The notes beneath the pieces are model-generated. The model did not search any database and had not been told where the DNA came from. It saw nothing but the letters and a program-made list of their open reading frames with translations. Made by a program: the position numbers and the translations under genes. Below are positions 1 through 7,110 of a stretch of 25,842 nt of DNA, in pieces. Within the stretch, counting starts at the first letter, position 1, and each line of letters starts with the position of its first letter. The stretch comes from Planctomycetota bacterium (lineage in GTDB: Bacteria > Planctomycetota > SBBH01 > JAHFOU01): assembly GCA_023261525.1 (NCBI GenBank), contig JAHFOU010000002.1:1-25842 (forward strand), given 5' to 3'.

Positions 1-116
1 GGCTGGACGACGAGCCGGCGGAGGTCCTCGGAGGCCCGGCCGATGAGCATGCGGGGGTCGCGCTCGGAGGAGACGATGCGGTCGAGGTCCTGGACGAGGT
101 CGGGGATGCCGTACAT
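1..116 (-). CDS. 5' part of a protein running off the window edge (MYGIPDLVQDLDRIVSSERDPRMLIGRASEDLRRLVVQ...); resembles the N-terminal helices of cysteine-dioxygenase-like cupin proteins
   Basis: Hand-translated open frame from ATG at 116 with host-like C/G-ending codons and a -10 box 6 nt upstream. The product guess rests on only 38 residues. Confidence 0.55.
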   Translation of the reverse strand, partial: MYGIPDLVQDLDRIVSSERDPRMLIGRASEDLRRLVVQ

Positions 117-122
117 GAAGGT

Positions 123-131
123 ATTGTAGCA
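123..131 (-). promoter_or_regulatory. Extended -10 element (TG-C-TACAAT) of a probably leaderless transcript
   Basis: Minus strand reads TGC TACAAT accttc ATG(116): 6-nt spacing and no SD sequence. Confidence 0.6.
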
Positions 132-146
132 GAGCCCCGCGGGGGG

Positions 147-776
147 TCAGAAGGGGAAGCGGGCCTGTTTCATCCGGTCGAAGGTCCCCCAGCTGGCCCG
201 GGCGATGGGGGGGGGCGTGCCGTGCTCCGCCATCCACCGGGAGAGGAAGGCCTTGGTCTTGGGGTCGGAGGGGTAGCCGGAGCCGATCTCGCCGTACTCG
301 GCCTCCATCCGGGAGATCCTCCGGTCCCGCGTCACCTTGGCCAGGATGGAGGCCGCGGAGACCACCGGGAAGCGGGCGTCGGCCCGGTTCTCGGCCACCA
401 GCTCGGGGAGGAGGGGGGCGATGCGCTCCAGGAGTCGGGCGCGGAAGCGGGGGATGCCCCGGGGCCCGACGGGGGCGTCCACGTAGACGGCGGAGGGCTT
501 GAGGGCCAGGATGCAGGCCGCGAAGGCCTCCAGCTCCAGCTCGTTGAGGTTCCTGCGGTCCATCTCGGCGGGCTGGATCTCCACGAGATGGACCCCGGCA
601 GCCAGGGCCTTCAGCGGGGCCTCGAGGGCCTCGCGGCGGGCCGGGGAAAGCACCTTGGAATCGCGGACGCCGAGGGCCTTGAGGGCCTCCAGGTCCTCCG
701 CGCGGACGGCGAAGCCGCAGACGACCATGGGGCCGAGGACGGGGCCGCGGCCGGCCTCGTCGATCCCGAGGATCAG
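147..776 (-). CDS. rnhB: Ribonuclease HII, archaeal/eukaryotic-like subtype (209 aa, probable CTG start overlapping the csp TGA)
   Basis: Last 209 aa of ORF 147..1676: [51 protein letters not shown]. No in-frame ATG/GTG/TTG lies near the expected N-terminus; CTG at 776-774 forms a CTGA overlap. Confidence 0.92.
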   Translation of the reverse strand: MILGIDEAGRGPVLGPMVVCGFAVRAEDLEALKALGVRDSKVLSPARREALEAPLKALAAGVHLVEIQPAEMDRRNLNELELEAFAACILALKPSAVYVDAPVGPRGIPRFRARLLERIAPLLPELVAENRADARFPVVSAASILAKVTRDRRISRMEAEYGEIGSGYPSDPKTKAFLSRWMAEHGTPPPIARASWGTFDRMKQARFPF

Positions 777-982
777 GCCGTGGCCGATCGGGTCACCTTG
801 GCGGCCTGGGGACCCTTCTGGCCTTCGGTGATCTCGAAGGAAACCGGTTCCCCCTCGGCGAGGGTCTTGAAGCCCTCGCCCTGGATGGCGGAGAAGTGGA
901 CGAAGACGTCCCCCCCGCCCTCCTGCTGGATGAAGCCGAAGCCCCGCTTCTCGTCGAACCACTTCACCTTGCCGGTGGCCAT
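773..982 (-). CDS. cspA: Cold-shock domain protein (CspA family)
   Basis: [15 protein letters not shown] (RNP1) and DVFVHFSAI (RNP2); 69 aa. The exact paralogue letter cannot be determined. Confidence 0.95.
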   Translation of the reverse strand: MATGKVKWFDEKRGFGFIQQEGGGDVFVHFSAIQGEGFKTLAEGEPVSFEITEGQKGPQAAKVTRSATA

Positions 983-988
983 GGCGGG

Positions 989-3097
989 CTACTGGGCGTT
1001 CTTGGCCTCGGAGGGAGGCTGGGCCGCCTTGATGCTCAGCTTGACCTTGCCGGTGTCCTCCACGAGGAGGACCTTCACGTTGACGCTGTCGCCCATCTTC
1101 AGGTGGTCGCTGACGCGCTCGACGTAGCCGCCGGCGATCTCGGAGATGTGGCAGAGGCCTTCCTGGCCCGGCATGAACTCGATGAAGGCGCCGAAGTCCT
1201 TGATGCCCGTCACGCGGCCCGGGTAGATGCGGCCAACCTCGGGGGAGGAGGTCAGGCCCTCGATCCAGGCGCGGGCCTGGGCGATGTCGCCCCCGGTCTT
1301 GGAGAAGATGGTCACGCGGCCGCTGTCGTGGATGTCGATCTCGCAACCGGTCTTCTCCTGGAGCTCCCGGATCATCTTGCCGCCGGGGCCCACGACCTTC
1401 CCGATCTTGGAGGGGTTGATCATGACCTGGACCAGCTTGGGCGCGTGGGCGGACATGGTCGCGCGGGGGCGGGGCAGGGTGGAGAGCATGGTCTTGAGGA
1501 TCTGGATGCGGGCGTCGCGGGCCTGGTTCAGGATCTTGGGGATGAGCTCCAGGGGCAGGCCGGCGATCTTGATGTCCAGCTGGACGCCGGTGATGCCGTG
1601 CTGGGTCCCGGAGACCTTGAAGTCCATGTCGCCGTGGTGGTCCTCCTCGCCCAGGATGTCGGTCAGGAGCTTGCACTCCTTCCCTTCCTTGACGAGGCCG
1701 ATGGAGATGCCGGCCACCGGGTCCTTGATGGGCACGCCGGCGTCCATCATGGCCAGGGTGCCGCCGCAGACGGAGGCCATGGAAGTCGAGCCGTTGGAGC
1801 TCATGATCTCGCTGACCACGCGGACGGTGTAGGGGAACTGCTCGGCGCCGGGGACGACGGGCTCCAGGGAGCGCTCGGCCAGGTCGCCGTGCCCGATCTC
1901 GCGGCGCTTGGGCCCGCGGTTCGGCCAGGTCTCCCCGACCGACCAGGCCGGGAAGTTGTAGTGGAGCATAAAGCGCTTGAAGAACTCCTCGCGCAGGCCG
2001 TCGATCTTCTGCTCGTCCAGCGTCGTGCCGAGGGTCAGGATGCAGAGGGCCTGGGTCTCGCCGCGGTTGAAGATGGCGGAGCCGTGGACGCGGGGCAGGA
2101 CGCCGACCTCGCAGGAGATCTGGCGGAGGTCGCCCAGGCCGCGGCCGTCGATCCGCTTCTCGTCCTTCAGGATGCTGTCGCGGATGGCCTTGGTCTCCAG
2201 GTGTTCCCAGACCTCGCCGAGGCCGGTGTCCCAGCCGGGCTGGGAGCCGAACTCCTTCTGGAGCTCCACGGCGGCCCTGTCCTTGACCTCCTTCATGGCG
2301 GCGCGCCGCTCCTTCTTCCCCTTCACGAAGCAGCCCTTCGCGAAGGCGTCGTAGTAGCGGGACACGATGGTCTTCTTGAGGGGGTGCTCGGCGGGGGCGC
2401 CCGGGGCGGCCTGCTTGGGCTTCCCGGCCTTCTTCTGGAGCTCCCGGATCATCGAGATGATCTCCTGGCAGGCGTCGAAGCCCAGGCGGATGGCCTCGGC
2501 CACCACGGACTCGGGGGCCTCCTTGGCCTTGACCTCGATCATGACGGGGGCCTCGGCGGTGCAGACCAGCAGGAGGTCCAGGTCGGACAGGTCCATCTGT
2601 TGGATGGTGGGGTTGATGGTGAGCTTGCCGTCGACCTTGCCCACGCGGACGGCCCCGACGACGTTGTCGAAGGGGATCTGCGAGATGGCCAGGGCGGCGG
2701 AGGCGCCGTTGATGGCGCAGAGGTCGGGGTCGTTCTGGCGGTCGGAGGCCATGGCGATGGCGGAGATGGCCACGTCATCCTTGTAGTGCTCGGGGAAGAG
2801 GGGGCGGATCGGCCGGTCGATGGCCCGGCAGGTGAGGATCTCCTTGGTGGTGGGCCTCCCCTCGCGCTTGAAGAAGCCGCCGGGGAACTTGCCCGCGGCA
2901 TAGGTCATCTCGCGGTAGTCCACGGTGAGGGGGAAGAAGTCGATCCCGGCCCGGGGCTTGGCGGAAACCGCCGCCACCATGACCACGGTCTCGCCGTAGC
3001 GCGCCAGGACGGCGCCGTGGGCCTGCTCCCCGAGGCGTCCGGTTTCGAAGCTGAGCTCGCGGCCGGCGAAGGTCCGCTTGATCGTCGTTGCTGGCAT
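989..3097 (-). CDS. pnp: Polyribonucleotide nucleotidyltransferase (PNPase); ATG 3097 preferred over GTG 3106
   Basis: Two RNase PH domains ([40 protein letters not shown]), KH domain ([12 protein letters not shown]) and S1 domain (DFGAFIEF); directly downstream of rpsO. Confidence 0.97.
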   Translation of the reverse strand: MPATTIKRTFAGRELSFETGRLGEQAHGAVLARYGETVVMVAAVSAKPRAGIDFFPLTVDYREMTYAAGKFPGGFFKREGRPTTKEILTCRAIDRPIRPLFPEHYKDDVAISAIAMASDRQNDPDLCAINGASAALAISQIPFDNVVGAVRVGKVDGKLTINPTIQQMDLSDLDLLLVCTAEAPVMIEVKAKEAPESVVAEAIRLGFDACQEIISMIRELQKKAGKPKQAAPGAPAEHPLKKTIVSRYYDAFAKGCFVKGKKERRAAMKEVKDRAAVELQKEFGSQPGWDTGLGEVWEHLETKAIRDSILKDEKRIDGRGLGDLRQISCEVGVLPRVHGSAIFNRGETQALCILTLGTTLDEQKIDGLREEFFKRFMLHYNFPAWSVGETWPNRGPKRREIGHGDLAERSLEPVVPGAEQFPYTVRVVSEIMSSNGSTSMASVCGGTLAMMDAGVPIKDPVAGISIGLVKEGKECKLLTDILGEEDHHGDMDFKVSGTQHGITGVQLDIKIAGLPLELIPKILNQARDARIQILKTMLSTLPRPRATMSAHAPKLVQVMINPSKIGKVVGPGGKMIRELQEKTGCEIDIHDSGRVTIFSKTGGDIAQARAWIEGLTSSPEVGRIYPGRVTGIKDFGAFIEFMPGQEGLCHISEIAGGYVERVSDHLKMGDSVNVKVLLVEDTGKVKLSIKAAQPPSEAKNAQ

Positions 3098-3152
3098 CCG
3101 TTTCACACGTGCGCCCCGGTGGGGCGTCCTTCCCGACCCTCTGCTGGTTGCG

Positions 3153-3440
3153 CTACTTGCGCAGGCCGAGCTCAGCCAGAACCGCCGCGTGGCGCTTCGG
3201 CGCCGTGCGGGAAAGGTAGCGCAGCAAGGAGGCCCGCCGATTGACCATCTGGATGAGGCCGCGCCGGGAGGCGTGGTCCTTCGGATGGGCCTTCGTGTGC
3301 TCGGAGAGGTGGGTGATGTGCTCCGTGAGGAGCTTCACCTGCACGTCTGCCGAGCCGGTATCCTTGCCGCGAGCCCCGGTGGTCTTGGGCTGGGCCTTCC
3401 GGGTCTTGACCGGAGTTGGGGTCGTCATGGTCTGGGTCAA
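3153..3440 (-). CDS. rpsO: 30S ribosomal protein S15 (start TTG 3440 or ATG 3428)
   Basis: DTGSADVQ, KDHASRRGLIQMVNRR and C-terminal LGLRK; conserved rpsO-pnp synteny. Confidence 0.93.
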   Translation of the reverse strand: MTQTMTTPTPVKTRKAQPKTTGARGKDTGSADVQVKLLTEHITHLSEHTKAHPKDHASRRGLIQMVNRRASLLRYLSRTAPKRHAAVLAELGLRK

Positions 3441-3450
3441 CTGGCCCGGG

Positions 3451-3478
3451 ATTGTAGGGCGTGGGCGGAGGCTGTCAA
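3451..3478 (-). promoter_or_regulatory. Sigma70-type promoter for rpsO-pnp-csp-rnhB
   Basis: Minus strand TTGACA (3478-3473)-N16-TACAAT (3456-3451), a near-consensus match. Confidence 0.8.
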
Positions 3479-3489
3479 GCCGAAAGTCC

Positions 3490-3518
3490 TTGACGGGGGT
3501 GGGAGCCGGGCCTACCTT
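3490..3518 (+). promoter_or_regulatory. Divergent sigma70-type promoter for the 3575 gene
   Basis: TTGACG (3490-3495)-N17-TACCTT (3513-3518); GGAGG SD at 3563-3567, 7 nt before GTG 3575. Confidence 0.65.
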
Positions 3519-3574
3519 TCCGGGGATCGGACTCGGCTCAGCACACGGCCTTCAAGGCATAGGGAGGGTGAGAC

Positions 3575-4873
3575 GTGGCAAAGCGCAAGGGCGGGTTCGG
3601 GATCCTTCCGTTCGTGGCGGCCTTCCTGGGCCTCCTGGCCGCCGCCGGCGCGGGCGGAACGGTGTACTTCTACCAGCAGTTCGACGGCCTGACCGAGGGG
3701 AAGGAGCCCACGCCCGGCAAGACTATCCCTGCGCTCGAGAAGCAGGTGGATGACGCCAGGGCGGCCGAGAAGAAGATGCTGGAGCGCTGGAACAAGCTGG
3801 CCCCCTGGGTGCTGGACACCAAGTTCGTCGACGCGAAGGACTTCGACGCCAACAACGGCGACGAGGAGATCAAGCAGAAGGTCATCCAGCCCATCATCGA
3901 CCACCTCGGCCCGGACGAGTTCCGCAACGAGAAGTACGAGGCCCAGGCCCAGATCGCCAAGAAGCAGAACCTCAAGCTCACGCAGATCCTGCCGGCCATG
4001 CTCGATCAGAAGGCCAAGCTGGAGAAGGAGTGCGAGGATCTGAAGGGCCGGTTGAAGACCTCCCAGGCCGACCTGGACCGGGAGCGGAAGACCGCCGCCG
4101 TGGACAAGTCCGCCCTCAACGGCCAGCTGGCGACGCTCCAGACCGAGCTCGCGGAGCAGACCCGCCTGGTGGCCGAGACGAAGCTCGCCGCCCAGGCCGA
4201 GAAGGACCGCCTCGACAAGCAGCTGGAGGTCGAGGTGCACCAGCACCGGACCGCGATCGAGGACCGCAACAAGGAGGTCTCCCGCCTCAAGAACGACAAT
4301 GAGGTGTACAAGGAGAAGATCCAGAAGCTCACGGAGAACAAGGAGAGCAAGACGGTCGCCCTGGAGCCGGACGGGGAGGTCACCGCGGTGGCCGAGGGCC
4401 TGAAGACGGCCTACCTGAACCTCGGGCGCCGCCAGCGCCTCCAGCGCGGCATGCGCTTCACCGTGTTCAGCTATGGCCCCGGCGGTGTCCCCCGCAGGAA
4501 GGGGGAGATCGAGGTGCTGGACGTGAAGGAGGAGCTCAGCAAGGCCGCCATCCTTTCCGTGACCAGCCAGCGCGACCCCATCGTGGAAGGCGACCTCATC
4601 GCCAACCCGATCTACCGTCCCTCGGCCGCCCCGAACTTCGTGCTCTGCGGGCAGATGACCCGCTATAGCCCGGAGGACCTCATGCACCTGATCGAGGAGA
4701 ACGGCGGGAAGGTCCAGGCCAAGGTCTCCTCGGATACGGACTTCGTGGTGGCCGGCGGGGACCGCGCCCGCTACGAGAGCGACCCGAACTTCCGCGAGGC
4801 GCTCCAGCTGGGCCTGCGCGTGATGAGCGAGCAGGACCTCCTGGACTACCTGCCCTCCTACGGCGGCAAGTAG
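3575..4873 (+). CDS. Membrane-anchored coiled-coil protein with a beta-barrel-like domain and a C-terminal BRCT domain
   Basis: N-terminal KRK plus hydrophobic helix; long heptad-rich K/E/Q region; AYLNLG...GMRFTVF...GEIEVL...IVEGDLIAN segment; DNA-ligase-type BRCT pattern LIEENGGKVQAKVSSDTDFVVAG. Confidence 0.8.
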   Translation: MAKRKGGFGILPFVAAFLGLLAAAGAGGTVYFYQQFDGLTEGKEPTPGKTIPALEKQVDDARAAEKKMLERWNKLAPWVLDTKFVDAKDFDANNGDEEIKQKVIQPIIDHLGPDEFRNEKYEAQAQIAKKQNLKLTQILPAMLDQKAKLEKECEDLKGRLKTSQADLDRERKTAAVDKSALNGQLATLQTELAEQTRLVAETKLAAQAEKDRLDKQLEVEVHQHRTAIEDRNKEVSRLKNDNEVYKEKIQKLTENKESKTVALEPDGEVTAVAEGLKTAYLNLGRRQRLQRGMRFTVFSYGPGGVPRRKGEIEVLDVKEELSKAAILSVTSQRDPIVEGDLIANPIYRPSAAPNFVLCGQMTRYSPEDLMHLIEENGGKVQAKVSSDTDFVVAGGDRARYESDPNFREALQLGLRVMSEQDLLDYLPSYGGK

Positions 4874-4887
4874 GTCCAGGCGCCCCG

Positions 4888-5688
4888 GTGCGCATCTTCG
4901 AGCCCCACGTCCACATGTACGCCCGGGTCACGGACGACTACGAGCGCATGGCGCTCGCCGGGGTGGAGGCTACGATCGAGCCGGCCTTCTGGCTGGGCCA
5001 GCCCAGGACCCACGCAGGGACGGCCCTGGACTATTTCAGCCACCTCCTGGAGTACGAGGCCACCCGGGCCGCGACCTGGGGCATCCAGCTCTTCGCGGCC
5101 ATCGCCCTGAACCCCCGCGAGGCCAACAACCGCCCCCTGGCTGACGAGATCCTGGCCCGGATCGGGCCCTTCCTGGACCATCCCCGCTGCGTGGCGGTGG
5201 GGGAGGTCGGCTTCGACCAGACCACCGCGGAGGAGGAGAGGGTCCTGCGCCTCCAGGTGGAGATGGCCCTGAAGAAGCGCCTGCCCATCCTGGTCCATGC
5301 CCCCCACCGGGACAAGAAGGCGGGCATCGAGCGCACGATCAAGGTCCTCCAGGAGATGAAGGTCCCCGGGGACTGGGCCATCATCGACCACAGCGTGGAG
5401 GAGACGACCCCGCTCATCCTCGACGCCGGGTACTGGGCGGGCCACTCCGTCTACCCGGTCACCAAGCTCACGCCGGAGCGGGCCGCGAACGTCGTCCAGC
5501 AGTGCGGGGTGGAGCGCGTGATGGTGCATTCCGCCGCGGACTGGGGCCATTCGGACCCCCTGAGCGTCCCGCGCGTCATCCTGGAATTGAGGAAGCGGGG
5601 CGTCCCCCGGGCGACCATCCAGCGCCTGGTCTGGGACAACCCGTACTCCTTCTACGCCCGCTCCGGCAAGATTCCCGCCATCCCCTAA
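4888..5688 (+). CDS. TatD-related metallohydrolase, EboB-like subfamily
   Basis: EPHVHM, TDDYERM, EPAFWLGQPRT, GEVGFD, HAPHRDKK, IIDH and SAADWGHSDPLSVP match the EboB-type TatD family as I recall it. Confidence 0.85.
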   Translation: MRIFEPHVHMYARVTDDYERMALAGVEATIEPAFWLGQPRTHAGTALDYFSHLLEYEATRAATWGIQLFAAIALNPREANNRPLADEILARIGPFLDHPRCVAVGEVGFDQTTAEEERVLRLQVEMALKKRLPILVHAPHRDKKAGIERTIKVLQEMKVPGDWAIIDHSVEETTPLILDAGYWAGHSVYPVTKLTPERAANVVQQCGVERVMVHSAADWGHSDPLSVPRVILELRKRGVPRATIQRLVWDNPYSFYARSGKIPAIP

Positions 5689-5697
5689 TTCCCGTAA

Positions 5698-5725
5698 TTG
5701 ACTGGCTCGGCGGGCCCGGTATGAT
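5698..5725 (+). promoter_or_regulatory. Sigma70-type promoter upstream of dnaB
   Basis: TTGACT (5698-5703)-N16-TATGAT (5720-5725), 11 nt before ATG 5737; AT-rich island in GC-rich DNA. Confidence 0.7.
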
Positions 5726-5736
5726 CCGCTTCCCGC

Positions 5737-7110
5737 ATGCCTGACGATCCCTTCTCCGGAACCCTTCCTCCCCACAGCCTTGAGGCCGAGCAGGCCCTCC
5801 TGGGGGCCATGCTGCTGGATGCCGCCGCCGTCCCGGTGGCCGGCCAGCTGGTGGACGCCTCGGCCTTCTACCGCACCTCCCACCAGCGCCTCTTCGCCCT
5901 CCTGTCGGAGCTCTACAGCCAGCACGGAAGCGTGGATCCCGTCCTGGTCCGGGACGAGCTGGCCCGCCGCGGCCTCACCGAGGTCGTGGGAGGGGAGGCC
6001 GTCCTGGCCGATCTCATGGACGCCGTCGGGAGCTCCGCCCAGGCCGAGCACTACGCCCGCATCGTCAAGGAGAAGGCCGTCCTGCGCGGCCTCATCCAGG
6101 CCGGGCGCCGCATCGTCCAGGAGGCCCACGGGGCCGAGCCCGCGGAGGCCGTGCTCGAGCAGGCCCAGCAGCTGGTCTTCGACCTCGCCAAGACCCAGGA
6201 GTCCCGCCGGGCCGAGACCATCGGGGACGCCCTCAAGACCGTCTTCCGCCGCCTCGATAACCCGCACGACAGCGCCACGGCCCTGAGCACCGGCTTCAGG
6301 GACCTGGACGACTCCACCGCGGGCGGCCTGCACCGCTCCGAACTCGTCATCGTCGCGGCGCGTCCCAGCATGGGGAAGACCTCCCTGGCGCTGGCGCTCG
6401 CGCACAACGTCGCCCTGCCGAAGGACCATCCCGCCGACCTGCCGACCCCCAAGGTGGGCATCTTCAGCATGGAGCAGACCAAGGAGCAGGTGGCGGAGAT
6501 CCTGGCCTGCTCCCACGCGGGGGTGAACCGGGACAAGGTCCGCAAGCGCACGTTCTCCGACGCCGACTTCGCCGGCCTTCAGGTGGCAGCGGGGCGCCTG
6601 AGCGACGCCCAGATCTTCATCGACGATACCCCCGGCCTCACCCTGCACACCCTGCGCACCAAGGCCCGCGAGATGAAGTCCCGCTTCCGGGGGCTGGACC
6701 TGCTCGTCGTGGACTACCTCCAGCTCATGGAGTCCCCCCAGCGCAGGACCGAGGGGCGCCAGCAGGAGATCTCCGACATCTCGCGCGGGCTCAAGTCCCT
6801 GGCGCGGGAGCTCGAGGTTCCCCTGATCGCCCTGTCCCAGCTCAACCGCCAGGTGGAGAGCCGGGAAGGGCACAAGCCCCGCCTCTCGGACCTGAGGGAA
6901 TCGGGCTCCCTGGAGCAGGATGCCGACGTGGTCCTTCTCCTCTACCGCCAGGACTACTACGAGCGGGACCAGGAGCAGGCCGAGATCTGCGTGGACATCG
7001 CCAAGCAGCGCAACGGCCCCGTGGGAACCGTCAAGCTCTCCTTCCGCAGGGAAAGCCAGAGCTTCCGGGACTACAGCCACCAGGAATCCCCCGAGGCGGT
7101 CGCGCCGTGA
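5737..7110 (+). CDS. dnaB: Replicative DNA helicase
   Basis: PPHSLEAEQALLG N-terminus, Walker A ARPSMGKT, VVDYLQLM, LSQLNRQVE, PRLSDLRESGSLEQDAD, KQRNGP. No intein seen. Confidence 0.97.
   Translation: MPDDPFSGTLPPHSLEAEQALLGAMLLDAAAVPVAGQLVDASAFYRTSHQRLFALLSELYSQHGSVDPVLVRDELARRGLTEVVGGEAVLADLMDAVGSSAQAEHYARIVKEKAVLRGLIQAGRRIVQEAHGAEPAEAVLEQAQQLVFDLAKTQESRRAETIGDALKTVFRRLDNPHDSATALSTGFRDLDDSTAGGLHRSELVIVAARPSMGKTSLALALAHNVALPKDHPADLPTPKVGIFSMEQTKEQVAEILACSHAGVNRDKVRKRTFSDADFAGLQVAAGRLSDAQIFIDDTPGLTLHTLRTKAREMKSRFRGLDLLVVDYLQLMESPQRRTEGRQQEISDISRGLKSLARELEVPLIALSQLNRQVESREGHKPRLSDLRESGSLEQDADVVLLLYRQDYYERDQEQAEICVDIAKQRNGPVGTVKLSFRRESQSFRDYSHQESPEAVAP

Noticed and set aside
207-215. G9 homopolymer in rnhB, also G8 at 14173-14180 and 15399-15406, as phase-variation switches
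   Set aside because: All are in frame and encode Pro or Gly runs. Runs of 8-9 G/C are expected at this GC content and there is no evidence of length variation. They would be worth a look only if reads show indels.
147-1676. 509-aa ORF as a single protein, or a Csp-RNase HII frameshift fusion
   Set aside because: The first 300 residues are an off-frame reading of pnp and csp (Arg/Pro/Gly-rich). No slippery sequence is visible near the csp end, and a CTGA-coupled start explains the data more simply.
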